From a candidate division WOR-3 bacterium (GTDB taxonomy: Bacteria > SDB-A): a stretch of DNA of 32,035 nucleotides. Of this stretch, positions 1 through 10,089 are shown piece after piece. Location: the NCBI GenBank assembly GCA_016934535.1, contig JAFGSQ010000043.1, forward strand, positions 1 to 32,035, in the 5' to 3' direction. Both the position numbers and the translations under genes were made by a program. Position 1 is the stretch's first letter, and each line of letters starts with the position of its first letter. A model generated the notes under the pieces. The model saw only the letters and a program-made list of their open reading frames with translations, did not search any database and was not told where the DNA came from.

Positions 1-61
1 ATTCGAACCGGAGACCTCCTGCGTGCAAGGCAGGCGCTCTAGCCAACTGAGCTACACCCCC
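1..61 (-). tRNA. tRNA-Ala (anticodon UGC), 3' end cut off by the window edge
   Basis: Reverse complement GGGGGTGTAGCTCAGTTGGCTAGAGCGCCTGCCTTGCACGCAGGAGGTCTCCGGTTCGAAT shows a D-arm, anticodon stem CCTGC/GCAGG around loop CTTGCAC, and T-loop GTTCGAAT. Confidence 0.97.
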
Positions 62-73
62 ATAGAGATTTTA

Positions 74-102
74 ACTTTAATTATATTTGAAGTTTGTGTC
101 AA
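74..102 (-). promoter_or_regulatory. sigma70-type promoter for tRNA-Ala
   Basis: Minus strand TTGACA (102-97), 17-nt spacer, TAAAGT (79-74), ending 12 nt upstream of the tRNA 5' end. Confidence 0.6.
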
Positions 103-117
103 TATCTTTCGGAAGCA

Positions 118-894
118 TTATAGGATGTATCTTTTTTTCCTGAAAACGACAACTGATAAAAGTACTGAAACGCTCACTAAAATTAATATTACGGCTAAAG
201 CAACAAAAGGATTTTCAGGGGCGAGTCTTTCACTGAAAAAGCCTCCCTCTTCCCTAAGAGGAGGAAGAATCGCTTTAACGTGATAAATCACGGTCAGTTT
301 CTGAGTTGATCCCGGAAAATACTGGACAATACCCTCCCAACCGAAAATAAAAGCAAGCCCCAGCGCCGTTGATTTTGAGGCGATTAAAGACAAAAAAGCG
401 AACAACGAATAATAAGCCAATATTGCGAGTATTATCCCGGCTGAAAATTTAAATAAAATCAGGTATGATAATGGTTCGAGCAGTCTGTTAAAAAATACGA
501 CCGCAAAACAAAGAGTAAAAGCCGGAAGAACCGCTATCAAGCAAATAGAAAGATACGACAGGTATTTACCCAGAAATACGTCTTTTTTGGGAACAGGCCT
601 CGATGTCAGAAAGACTAAAGTCTTGTCTTCTATGTCCTCTCTTATGACCGAAGTTCCGTAAAAGACTGCGACTATTCCGCAATAGAAACCTATGTAAAAA
701 ATATAAGCAAAACCGGAGAAAAATGACACGTCGAAAGAAAAAGGCTCCCCTCTCATAAAGCCTGCGAATTTCACGGCACATACAATTAAAAGCGGGAATA
801 CATTGAGCAATATCAGTACTTTAGTTCTTGTTCGCCTCAATCCTGGTTTGAAGAACATCTTGAAGACTATTTGAAAACTATACGGAATGTTCAT
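118..894 (-). CDS. ABC-2 type transporter permease
   Basis: Multiple TM segments; IREDIEDKTLVFLTSRPV..VFLGKYL ABC-2 permease motif; overlaps the ATPase stop. Confidence 0.88.
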   Translation of the reverse strand: MNIPYSFQIVFKMFFKPGLRRTRTKVLILLNVFPLLIVCAVKFAGFMRGEPFSFDVSFFSGFAYIFYIGFYCGIVAVFYGTSVIREDIEDKTLVFLTSRPVPKKDVFLGKYLSYLSICLIAVLPAFTLCFAVVFFNRLLEPLSYLILFKFSAGIILAILAYYSLFAFLSLIASKSTALGLAFIFGWEGIVQYFPGSTQKLTVIYHVKAILPPLREEGGFFSERLAPENPFVALAVILILVSVSVLLSVVVFRKKRYIL

Positions 895-1811
895 CAGGCC
901 ACCAGATAGTCGAAAACAGATTGAAGGTTGTCATCGGACACTTCTATTTCTTCGACGTCTATAGAGTGATTGACGATTTTTTCGGTGAGAAGTCTGATAA
1001 AAAGATCTCTGTTTTGTGTTTTCACTGTCAGTTCTTCATCAGCGAAATCCAGTCCGAAAACACAATCGTTTTCAAGCAGAAGTTTGGCTAGTTTCTTCGG
1101 CTGGGTCAGTTTGATCTTTACAATGTGCGGTTTAGAATCTATGAGGCCTCTAATGTAATGAATATTGCCCTGAGCGAATATCTTCCCCTGATGTATCAGT
1201 ATAATCTCGTCCGTCATCATCTCGACCTCAGGCAAAACGTGAGAAGAAACGAGGACTGTTTTTCCGTTTTTTGAAAAATCCCTGACAATATCCATGACTT
1301 TTATCCTCCAAACCGGATCGACGCCATTGAGAGGCTCATCAAGCAGGAGCAGGTCCGGTTCATGAGAAATGCTTTGTGTGATCCGCAGTCTCTGTCTCAT
1401 GCCCATGCTGAATGTTCCGATCTGTCTCGACGCCGATTCGAAAAGCCCGAGTCTTTTGAGAGAATCTTCCGCTCTGTTTTTAGATTCTTCGACTGCATAG
1501 CCATGAAGCCTGAGGAGATTGAAAACGAATTCAAAAGCTGTCATATTCTTGAAATATGAATCGAATTCGGGGCAATAACCTATCCTCCTGAATACGTGGT
1601 CTACCGAGAATATGTCTTCGCCGAAAACCTTCACTTTTCCTATGTTGGGTTTTATCTGTCCCGCTACAAGCTTTAGAAAAGTGGATTTACCGGCTCCGTT
1701 AGGACCGAGAAGCCCGATGACGCCCTCGCCGATGTCGAGAGTGATGTCGCTGACACCGAGAACTTTTCCGTACCATTTTGATACTTCAATCACTTCGACT
1801 ATCTTATTCAT
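894..1811 (-). CDS. ABC transporter ATP-binding protein
   Basis: Walker A GPNGAGKST, signature FSMGMRQR, Walker B LLLLDEP, SSH switch. Confidence 0.96.
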   Translation of the reverse strand: MNKIVEVIEVSKWYGKVLGVSDITLDIGEGVIGLLGPNGAGKSTFLKLVAGQIKPNIGKVKVFGEDIFSVDHVFRRIGYCPEFDSYFKNMTAFEFVFNLLRLHGYAVEESKNRAEDSLKRLGLFESASRQIGTFSMGMRQRLRITQSISHEPDLLLLDEPLNGVDPVWRIKVMDIVRDFSKNGKTVLVSSHVLPEVEMMTDEIILIHQGKIFAQGNIHYIRGLIDSKPHIVKIKLTQPKKLAKLLLENDCVFGLDFADEELTVKTQNRDLFIRLLTEKIVNHSIDVEEIEVSDDNLQSVFDYLVA

Positions 1812-2663
1812 CTATTTTCTCTCCATTCTTCCTATTTGGGCGTGAAGCAGAAATACGAAAAATAAAGAAAGCAGAACCATATAAAAAGTTGCAATCAGGT
1901 CCATGATTCTGAAACCTCCCGCTCTTCCGAAAAACAGATTTCCGGTGCAATCGACCAGCATCGCAATTGAAGTAAAACTGAATATGTCGCTTCTGAACAC
2001 TTCTTTGAGCATACCGTAGACGGCGAGACCCAAAAAATACACAACAAAAACAATCACGCTGACGAATCTTGAATTGTCCGTGAAACTAGATACGAGAAGT
2101 GTAAAAGAAGAAAAAAATACCGATACGACAACAGAAAACGCCATACAGGAAAGAAGCGACACCGCGCTCATAGTGAAAGACGGAGAAAACACGGCTTTAA
2201 GTAAAACGAGGATCACTCCGGGCACTAAAGTAACACAGAGCATGTAAAATCCGATCACTGACATTTTCCCGGTGATGTAGTCTATTTTTCCTATGGGTCT
2301 CGAAAAATAAAGCGAAACCGCGTTTGTTTTAATGTCTTTCGAAATTAATTCCGAACCCGCTATCAGGCTGATGAGCAGCAATGTAAAAATCATGTAGCCG
2401 TTGACGTAATACAATCTGAGAATGTTTCTTATCGAGGACAGAGATTCAATGTTTTCCTGGATGAAATTGAGCTCGGGTTTTGAAGTGACGTACACAGCAA
2501 TGAGGAAAAAAGCGAGCTGAAGAGCCGACATAGCCAAAACGAGTTTCAGTAGTTTTTTTGAAAACACATAAACAATTCCGCCGCGGGAAATGGGCAGCCA
2601 TGGAAATCTACTGTGCTGAAGTTCGCCGTTCCAGCGAAAATATCCCTTTTTTCTGATTTTCAA
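1812..2663 (-). CDS. ABC-2 type transporter permease
   Basis: TM-rich; ISKDIKTNAVSLYFSRPI..YITGK motif; TTG start overlaps the upstream TGA. Confidence 0.88.
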   Translation of the reverse strand: MKIRKKGYFRWNGELQHSRFPWLPISRGGIVYVFSKKLLKLVLAMSALQLAFFLIAVYVTSKPELNFIQENIESLSSIRNILRLYYVNGYMIFTLLLISLIAGSELISKDIKTNAVSLYFSRPIGKIDYITGKMSVIGFYMLCVTLVPGVILVLLKAVFSPSFTMSAVSLLSCMAFSVVVSVFFSSFTLLVSSFTDNSRFVSVIVFVVYFLGLAVYGMLKEVFRSDIFSFTSIAMLVDCTGNLFFGRAGGFRIMDLIATFYMVLLSLFFVFLLHAQIGRMERK

Positions 2664-3586
2664 GTTTCTGCTCCTCCGACGGCTTTGACAAACCTGTCAC
2701 TCAGAGAAGATTTCAGGCATGAATAACGGATAATTCCGGCTTTCGCTTCTAACGCAGCTTTGAACAGTTTCTTCTTGTCGTAATCTGCCGGCATTGTGAT
2801 TCTTAAAATTCTGTTTTCTCTTTTCTCAATCTTCAGCCCTTCTTCTGATAACATTCTCTCGAACGCTTCATTGTCCCCCTCAATTTTAAGTTCGACCGCG
2901 TCCTGTCTTTCCTCGCTTATGCTGCCGGTCAGTTCAGTCGCTACAATCTTCCCCTTGTCAATAATGACCGCTGAACCGCATGTGAATTCTATGTCCGGAA
3001 GTATATGAGTTGAAAGTACTATACTCATGCTTTTGTTTTCTGAAATATTTCTTATCAGATCGAGCATGTCTTTTCTTCCTTTCGGGTCCAGACCTGCTGT
3101 CGGTTCATCTAAAAAAAGCAGTTCGGGGTCGTGGACGAGAGCCTGTGCGAGTTTTATTTTCTGTTTCATTCCCGTTGAATATGTCTCGACCTTCCTGTAT
3201 CTCTGCTCTTCGAGTCCCACGTAAAACAGAACTTCGTGGGCTCTTTTCACGGCTTCATTCGGCGGCATGCCGCTTAATTCGCCGAGGTACGACACAAGAG
3301 TTATGCCGTCTACATCAGGCAGAAGACAATCGCTTTCAGGCATGTATCCGATTTTTCTTCTTATATCTTTTATTCCGCTTTTTATGTCATATCCGAGTAT
3401 TTTGCCTTTTCCTTTCCTGGTTAGAAGAAAACCGAGCATAACTTTCATGAGAGTTGTCTTGCCCGCTCCGTTAGGACCCAATAGTCCGTATACGCCTTGT
3501 TCAAGTTTCAAAGAAACCCCGTCGAGGGCTTTTATGAAACCGTAAGAATAGCTAAGGTTTTCAATGTCTATGACTAAATTACCCAA
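2660..3586 (-). CDS. ABC transporter ATP-binding protein
   Basis: GPNGAGKTT, YSTGMKQK, LLFLDEP, STH. Likely start is TTG at 3586 (MGNLVIDIENL), overlapping the upstream stop, rather than 3685. Confidence 0.93.
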   Translation of the reverse strand: MGNLVIDIENLSYSYGFIKALDGVSLKLEQGVYGLLGPNGAGKTTLMKVMLGFLLTRKGKGKILGYDIKSGIKDIRRKIGYMPESDCLLPDVDGITLVSYLGELSGMPPNEAVKRAHEVLFYVGLEEQRYRKVETYSTGMKQKIKLAQALVHDPELLFLDEPTAGLDPKGRKDMLDLIRNISENKSMSIVLSTHILPDIEFTCGSAVIIDKGKIVATELTGSISEERQDAVELKIEGDNEAFERMLSEEGLKIEKRENRILRITMPADYDKKKLFKAALEAKAGIIRYSCLKSSLSDRFVKAVGGAET

Positions 3587-3917
3587 TGTTTTCACTTTCA
3601 AGAATTTTTTTGTTGACTGTAGCCCATCTTTTTTCCAGAAACAACAATTTTTTTCTGAATTCCATGAACGTTTTGCTTTTTTCAAGTTTTAATATCAAAT
3701 TGATTTTTTTTTCCTCTTCTCGCGCCGGGTTGTCTCCCCGGACCGTTTTTTCAGCAGCGACCGTGTCAAGTGCCGAAATTTCCATTAATATTGCGTGCAA
3801 TTCCGGATCTCTTGCTAGTATCTTCTGTATTTCATCAAGATTTTTAAGTCCGTCGCTTAATTCAGACAGGGTTCCGATAAAGTTTTCGCCAGAAAAAATA
3901 TTATCGCCTTTACTCAT
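3579..3917 (-). CDS. Hypothetical helical protein (~112 aa)
   Basis: Fills the gap in the operon; ATG at 3917 overlaps the AI-2E stop; charged helical composition. Confidence 0.65.
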   Translation of the reverse strand: MSKGDNIFSGENFIGTLSELSDGLKNLDEIQKILARDPELHAILMEISALDTVAAEKTVRGDNPAREEEKKINLILKLEKSKTFMEFRKKLLFLEKRWATVNKKILESENIG

Positions 3918-5079
3918 CGGACAGCTGGTTTTCTTCCGAATATTTTGGGATATTTTCATCAATAATATTTTTTTCAGATATCCTCGTCAACAGCCTTGTC
4001 AACAGAGCAACAACGGGAGAGGCTAGAATCAAACCAGGAACTCCGAACATTGAAGCGCCAACCATCAGCGAAAACATAACAACCACAGGATTCAAACCCA
4101 TTGAAGTTCCCATAATGTTGGGAGTAATGACAAAGGCGAGAAGGATCTCTTCTATCACAAAAACAACTCCGGCTTTCATAGACATCACTATGGGATTTGG
4201 TCCTGTAAATGTTATGAGCAGGGTTACAATAACAGTGAAAAGAAACCCGAAATTCGGTATGACGGAAAATATTGCGGCTAAAACTCCCAGTAAGACAGAA
4301 TACCTGACTCCCATCACGCTAAGGCCGATTCCAACGATTAATCCGTCGAGAATTGAAACTATTATCTGGCTTCGAATATACAATCCTATGACAGCGTCAG
4401 CTTCTTTGAGAATGAATTTTGACTTTTCAAGTATTTTTTCTGAAAGGAATTTCTTGAAAAAATCTTTTAAACTTGCGGCTTCCTTGAGATAAAGAAAGCT
4501 GATTATCGGTACGATTATTATGAACCATACCGTGTTTATGATAATCAACAGGACATCTTTAATTTTCAAAAGACTGCCCTGGACGTCCTGTTGTCCTATA
4601 GTAATTATTTTCGTTAGGTCAATACCGAGGTTCGTCAGGACATCGTTTTTGTCTATCCAGCTTTGAGCGACGTCAATCCTTTCATTTAACCATTCAATTA
4701 TCACAGGCAGGTATGTTATGAAATTCGTCATCTGAGTGATAAGAACCGGGACAAGGATGACAAGAAAAACGACCAAAAATGACAAAATAACAAGTTCAGC
4801 AATAATTATCGAAATAATTTTCGGGATTTTGTAAGATTCCAGTTTTTTAACGAGAGGATAAATTACATAAGCGAGAATAAAAGCCAGCACGAATGGAAGA
4901 ACGACAATCTTGATTTTCAACAGCACCCAAAGCAGTATCACAGCAAGAGAAAGAAGTAAAAACGGCTTTACCCATTGGGATTTTCTCTGCGGCAACAGAA
5001 GCATTACAGTCAACATAGCGACAAAAGGGGGCGAAAGGACGTCTCTTGCAGACCATAAAAGAAGTCCGAAAAGTCCCAT
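3910..5079 (-). CDS. AI-2E (PerM/UPF0118) family transporter
   Basis: PFVLAFILAYVIYPLV, YIRSQIIV, IPNFG and PNIMG..MGLNP motifs. The true start may be slightly upstream (ATT at 5112). Confidence 0.92.
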   Translation of the reverse strand: MGLFGLLLWSARDVLSPPFVAMLTVMLLLPQRKSQWVKPFLLLSLAVILLWVLLKIKIVVLPFVLAFILAYVIYPLVKKLESYKIPKIISIIIAELVILSFLVVFLVILVPVLITQMTNFITYLPVIIEWLNERIDVAQSWIDKNDVLTNLGIDLTKIITIGQQDVQGSLLKIKDVLLIIINTVWFIIIVPIISFLYLKEAASLKDFFKKFLSEKILEKSKFILKEADAVIGLYIRSQIIVSILDGLIVGIGLSVMGVRYSVLLGVLAAIFSVIPNFGFLFTVIVTLLITFTGPNPIVMSMKAGVVFVIEEILLAFVITPNIMGTSMGLNPVVVMFSLMVGASMFGVPGLILASPVVALLTRLLTRISEKNIIDENIPKYSEENQLSDE

Positions 5080-5107
5080 GATTAGAATTTTATTCTGCCA
5101 TTGCTCT

Positions 5108-5644
5108 TTAATTCATACCCTCCAGATAAACTCTTGAAACATCGGCCTCAAGAGTATAAGGGTATTCTCTGACTATTTCCAGAAAAATCTCTTTTGCTTT
5201 GTAATACTCGGTGTCCAGAAGAATAACCGCGGCCTTGAGCATATTACCGGGACTTCCGCTATCAAGATAAAAACCTGCCGATTGAATCTCCAAACCTTCT
5301 TCAAAAAGAAATGCCGCTTTTTTTGCATACAACAGAGCCAATACTTCAACGGGAGGATTCTGTGACAAGTATCTGTCGCAAACCGCCAGTTCAGGGTTTC
5401 TGTCTATTTCGGCGACGCTGTCCCCCCAATGCCCCAATTCTTTGAGTTTTGCAAAGTAATTTATTCTGCCCACAACGTCATTGAAAAGCGTGTCATCAGT
5501 TGAAACAGCCAATTGATTGAAATACTCAAACGCTTCCGATGGACCTCTTTCAAAATAGATACTGTCACCTTCGGTTATTTTTGAATGCAAAATAGAACCG
5601 TTGAAGACAATCCACATGGTAAAACAAATATCAAAAACCTGCAT
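5108..5644 (-). CDS. Hypothetical protein with TPR-like C-terminus
   Basis: C-terminal YYKAKEIFLEIVREYPYT resembles a TPR/YfiO-type repeat; overlaps the upstream gene. Confidence 0.6.
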   Translation of the reverse strand: MQVFDICFTMWIVFNGSILHSKITEGDSIYFERGPSEAFEYFNQLAVSTDDTLFNDVVGRINYFAKLKELGHWGDSVAEIDRNPELAVCDRYLSQNPPVEVLALLYAKKAAFLFEEGLEIQSAGFYLDSGSPGNMLKAAVILLDTEYYKAKEIFLEIVREYPYTLEADVSRVYLEGMN

Positions 5645-8600
5645 CGTAATATCTTTTCAGGAAATGTTTCCAGAACAATTCCGGATTGGCACCGTAAGTG
5701 AATGGAACAGTTGAATTCATGATCAATTTCTCGTTTTCCAGGTAATTATCTATCCCTGTGAAGAATGGATAAGCGTAATGTCCCTCTGGCCTCTGAGCTG
5801 TCCTGACCGGCCTGGTTTGCTGTTCCCTCATTGATCTCTGGCTTTCAAGAAGCCTCTGAAGGATTCCTCTCTGCCTTTCTACAAGGTCACGGGAGATATC
5901 TCCTCTTTCAATCGCTTTCGCTGAGAGCTCCATCTGTCTTGCGATTTCTTCCAGTTCTGAAAGAATCCTGGCTGATCCCTGAGTTTGACCTGACATCTCG
6001 GAGAGTTTTTGTGACAGGGCTCTCTGATAAGCTCCCATTTCAGCCAATTGCCTCTGTGTAAGGTTCTGACTCCCCAGGATCCGCGTTAAAGAACTGTTTA
6101 TCTGAGCCTGTTCCCCTCCCATTTCAGACAACTGCTGAAGCATCCCTGAATTACCACAGGACATAGTATTTTCCATCATTCTGTTCATGCGCTCGAGCGA
6201 CTTGTAAGCGTCATTTGCGAGCTTCATTATCACAATGTGCTTTATCTGCTCCTCCGGTTTTCGCAATTCGTTTTCCATATCTGCAAGTATTCTTCCAAGA
6301 TCAGTTTCTATCAAAGATGTAAGAGAGGAAAGAGAGTCGAGGGTGTTTTTTGTTCGAACACATGAAGCGAGAGAAGCGGAAGAAAAAACCGGAGATAATT
6401 CTTTATTGTGAATGCTTTCTTCAAGCTCAGACATGCCAAGCATGCATTCCATCATTTCTTTTACGAGGGTCGATGCGGCTCCTCGTCTCATTCCGGACAT
6501 TGATTGTGAAGCTTTCTGAAGGTGAGAAGCCATCGAGGACAGTTTCTCAGTAAGTTCATCCGAAGGTTCAGCGGACGCCAAGGCTTTTTCATTTTCCTGG
6601 AGTGCCATTTCGCCTTCTCTCGACGCACTTTGAGTTTCAGTCGCAGCTTTTTCACCCATCATATCCTCGTCGAGATCCGATACTTCATCGAGTATTCTTT
6701 CAAGTTCGTCCCTGACATTTTCGAGTTGTCTTGTCGCAAGTTCCTGATTGTTCGTTTCGATCTCAGCCGAAACGTTTGCGATTTCCAGGGCTCTTCTGGC
6801 GAGTTCTTCCAGTTTTTTTTCCAGTTCAAGTCTTTTAAGCAGGTTGAGGGTTTTTTCGAGGGATTCAAGAAGGTCTCCGCTCTCAAGTTTCAACTGACCG
6901 AGTATTTCACTCATTTCATTTTCATCGGCGTTCTCTGCAAGTTCGTAGAGTTTTTCGAAAGCTTCTTTTGTCTGCTCATCCAGGACTTCTTCGTAAAGCC
7001 TTGCTATTTCAGCCGATTTTTCAAAGACGAGACTGTCCAACATGTATGACTCCATTGATGCATCAAAATACGCCCTCATCTCGTCCAAAGCCTTTGACAT
7101 TTCATCTACCAAAAGTCTGTGCTTTTTAAGCACTTCTTCAAAGTTTTCCCTGTCAGAAAAAGAAAGGGAGTCCGCCAGGATCAACCTTTGTTCGAGAAGC
7201 TCCAAATCTCTCATTATCTCGGATCCTTTTTCCCTGAAAGACACTGCTCTTTCAAAATCTGCTTTTTCGGAAGAATCGGCTGAAATGAATATTTCGTAAA
7301 GAGTCGGCATGATCAACAGAATCGTGTCTGAAAAACCTGTTTGTGGAGAAGGTCTGTTGTCTTTGACAGCGGCAAATACAAAAGCAGTCTCCCCGGGTTT
7401 TATTGTGAAGTCTCCGGCATTGAGGAGAAAATTTACTTCCAGGGGACCTTTCCCTTTTAGGAATAGTCCTTGAAAGGATTCTGTATTATCAGTACGGGAC
7501 ATAATGAGTTCGGCGTATGTCAAACCGTAGTCGTCTCTGGCGGTGATTTTGATGTCAAACTCAGATAAGTCTCCGGCTCTCAGAATTTTTTCCGGGGGAT
7601 ACGTTATCCTGCAATCCGGAGGCAGATCTTTGATAACCGCGACGATGAAATCGAGGTGTAAAGTGTCTCCCAAAACCGTCAAGGCTTCAACGAAGACACA
7701 TGATGACTCCGAGGCGGGGAATTCGAAAATGACCGTGTTGACGCTTGTTTCTTTGTTTATTTCAGCTCCTGAAATTTTCCACTCGACCGCATTTGCCGCG
7801 CTGAATAATTCGAATTTAAGAACGCTTCCTTCGGGCACCAGATATTTATTCTTAAATTCTAGCGGGTATTCTGTTTGGGCTATGTATGAAGGAAGCTCAA
7901 TGGAAGCTGATATAAACTCTATCGGAGGCGAGATAACATTTACAAACCCTTTTGCTAAAGTGTCAGTGCCGGAAACAAAATAATAATGTGTGTTTTTCTC
8001 AATTTCTCTGCAAAAGGCAAAAAATGTGTCTTCGGAATAATTGTGATCGAGTGTTTCCCCGTCCGCAATTACATGCAAATCCATGCCAGCTTTCACCGGA
8101 AAAATCGAAAATCTCAAATCCTGTCCCCAATATACCGTCGTGTCTCCGGAAGGAATAAATTTTTGTGAACCGTAATATTCTACGACAGAAACACCGAAAC
8201 GCGGAACAAATATCAGCACCGCAGACAAAACAAAAAATCCTGCGATGTCTAGCAATTTTTCGATGAATAAATTTTTGCTTTTGAGAAATCCGAGGCCGGT
8301 TTCGGCTGTTTTTTCCTTCAACTCATCCGATCCGGGCAATTCTAACGTACAAAATTCATGAGAAGCCTTTATCAAGCCTCTCGCTTCAGCCATCGCGTCA
8401 AATTCTGAAACGATAGTATTTTTTCTCAGTAATGAGGACAAAACTCCGGACAAAAATGACACGCCGGCAAAAATCGCCCATACAAGTCCAGGGGAAAAGA
8501 AAACTGAAAATAAAGCCAATAACCAGAAAAAGACGGCTATGCAACTGTAAAATGAATAAGCAATCGCTTTTGAATTGAAATTTCTAAAAAACTCATCCAT
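5631..8600 (-). CDS. Large membrane-anchored coiled-coil protein (DUF4175-like)
   Basis: 989 aa; N-terminal TM helices, D.PP...I..P and ARDDYGL Ig-like segment, AVKDN, long Glu/Gln-rich coiled coil, C-terminal RQRGILQRLLESQRS. Confidence 0.75.
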   Translation of the reverse strand: MDEFFRNFNSKAIAYSFYSCIAVFFWLLALFSVFFSPGLVWAIFAGVSFLSGVLSSLLRKNTIVSEFDAMAEARGLIKASHEFCTLELPGSDELKEKTAETGLGFLKSKNLFIEKLLDIAGFFVLSAVLIFVPRFGVSVVEYYGSQKFIPSGDTTVYWGQDLRFSIFPVKAGMDLHVIADGETLDHNYSEDTFFAFCREIEKNTHYYFVSGTDTLAKGFVNVISPPIEFISASIELPSYIAQTEYPLEFKNKYLVPEGSVLKFELFSAANAVEWKISGAEINKETSVNTVIFEFPASESSCVFVEALTVLGDTLHLDFIVAVIKDLPPDCRITYPPEKILRAGDLSEFDIKITARDDYGLTYAELIMSRTDNTESFQGLFLKGKGPLEVNFLLNAGDFTIKPGETAFVFAAVKDNRPSPQTGFSDTILLIMPTLYEIFISADSSEKADFERAVSFREKGSEIMRDLELLEQRLILADSLSFSDRENFEEVLKKHRLLVDEMSKALDEMRAYFDASMESYMLDSLVFEKSAEIARLYEEVLDEQTKEAFEKLYELAENADENEMSEILGQLKLESGDLLESLEKTLNLLKRLELEKKLEELARRALEIANVSAEIETNNQELATRQLENVRDELERILDEVSDLDEDMMGEKAATETQSASREGEMALQENEKALASAEPSDELTEKLSSMASHLQKASQSMSGMRRGAASTLVKEMMECMLGMSELEESIHNKELSPVFSSASLASCVRTKNTLDSLSSLTSLIETDLGRILADMENELRKPEEQIKHIVIMKLANDAYKSLERMNRMMENTMSCGNSGMLQQLSEMGGEQAQINSSLTRILGSQNLTQRQLAEMGAYQRALSQKLSEMSGQTQGSARILSELEEIARQMELSAKAIERGDISRDLVERQRGILQRLLESQRSMREQQTRPVRTAQRPEGHYAYPFFTGIDNYLENEKLIMNSTVPFTYGANPELFWKHFLKRYYDAGF

Positions 8601-8689
8601 TGATCTCTGACGGTGAACTGATTTCAGACGCCATCCCCCTTGAAAAACACCTTTCCGTAAATTTAAAAATTATCTTAACGGCGTGAGCA

Positions 8690-10039
8690 TCAGAAGAAAG
8701 AACTTAATTCGCGCCTTCTCGTCAGGGCTATTTCGGCGCAAGCTTTGGCAAAAACTGAGACCGTATCCCTGTCCAGCTTCAGAAGAAATTCGTCTGAATT
8801 TATTTCGCCGTTGAACATAAGTTTCGCAAGGTTCAGGTATTCAATACATTTATCTTTTCCGAGAGATTTGTAAAGGAAAGAAGAAAAAGGAGAATTTCTC
8901 ATGTCGAAAACGGTTTCACGGGATCTGCCGGTTTCGAGAAGAGACAGGACGATAAAATTATGTTTAACTTCCTTGTTCAAAGGCGTGTGAGGAAGATGAT
9001 CCTCTGCTCTCTCTATGTCGCCGAGGTTGAATCTTCTCACGTCTCCCAGGAACATGGAAATAGGAGTGTCTCCGCCAGTGCTGAGAGCTATTGCTTCAAT
9101 TATCGCCGTTGAAAGAAGTTTTATTCCGAGGTATTCTCTGGCAATTAAAATATTTTTGTGAGTTTGATTTGTTATCTTTTCGAAAGTAACATCGTCAGGT
9201 GTACCGGCAAATTTATGGAATATCGTGTCCGGATTGAGATTATCCATAAATATCTGCATCTTCATCAGCGCTTTTCTGTAATTTTTTATTGAATAAATTC
9301 TGTCGGCCCATAAAATCGGGTTTGTCTCAGGTATGAGTTCCCATGTACAGTCGAGAAATTTAGCTATGTCCTCGTAGGCAAAATTTTCAACGTCTTTGTT
9401 GCCCATCTCGACAGCCATTCTGAGAATTTCCGTCACCTCGTCTCCCGCGAGGTCAAGTTTGTTCTTTTTGCTTATATCAATAATTCTCTCTTCAAGCTTT
9501 TCGAAACAGCTTTTTCCATCTTCGTCTTTATTTCTGAAGGGAATGGTGCCCTCAATGCATGCTGAAATAGCCAGAAGATGTTTAAGAGAAAGGACGCTTT
9601 CAAGTTCCTTGACCGCAGTCAAAGCGCTCAGGAATTCGTTCATGCCGTTAAGTGTCGAGAGTTTCTGCCCGAAAGCGAATCCGAACACTTCGAGGACCAT
9701 TTTCGCGTTATCTTCCTTGAATTTCTTCTTTATCACAACGCCGTTCTCGTCAGTATCGACGAAGTTGAGAAGCGCTTCTTTCATGACTGTCGGAAACCCT
9801 TGGTCTATCTGATAATATACTATATCGTGAAACAGGCCGGCGAGAACCTGTACAGGCTTCATTCCGTCACATATCTTAAACACATGATCAGGTGTGTGAA
9901 AATTTCTGTTCTGGCTTGTCATGGCGCAGTGAACGTGAAAAGCAAGCTTTTCTTCCCTCGACTCAGGTACTTCGACACCGAGTTTTTCAAACGAATCCTG
10001 AAAAAGACTTATTAATCTGTTCACTGTAGATAATGCCAT
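8690..10039 (-). CDS. Conserved hypothetical protein with HD-like metal-binding motif
   Basis: 449 aa; RNFHTPDH...LAGLFHDIVY matches the H...HD pattern of HD-superfamily hydrolases. Confidence 0.7.
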   Translation of the reverse strand: MALSTVNRLISLFQDSFEKLGVEVPESREEKLAFHVHCAMTSQNRNFHTPDHVFKICDGMKPVQVLAGLFHDIVYYQIDQGFPTVMKEALLNFVDTDENGVVIKKKFKEDNAKMVLEVFGFAFGQKLSTLNGMNEFLSALTAVKELESVLSLKHLLAISACIEGTIPFRNKDEDGKSCFEKLEERIIDISKKNKLDLAGDEVTEILRMAVEMGNKDVENFAYEDIAKFLDCTWELIPETNPILWADRIYSIKNYRKALMKMQIFMDNLNPDTIFHKFAGTPDDVTFEKITNQTHKNILIAREYLGIKLLSTAIIEAIALSTGGDTPISMFLGDVRRFNLGDIERAEDHLPHTPLNKEVKHNFIVLSLLETGRSRETVFDMRNSPFSSFLYKSLGKDKCIEYLNLAKLMFNGEINSDEFLLKLDRDTVSVFAKACAEIALTRRRELSSFF

Positions 10040-10089
10040 ATTGCACCTTCAACCGATAATATCAAATATATAAAACTTACGCAAATTCA

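Noticed and set aside
1-120. tRNA-Ala as an integration site
   Set aside because: No integrase or att duplication in the window, and the tRNA 3' side lies outside it
23-283. 86-aa plus-strand ORF
   Set aside because: Antisense to tRNA-Ala and the permease gene
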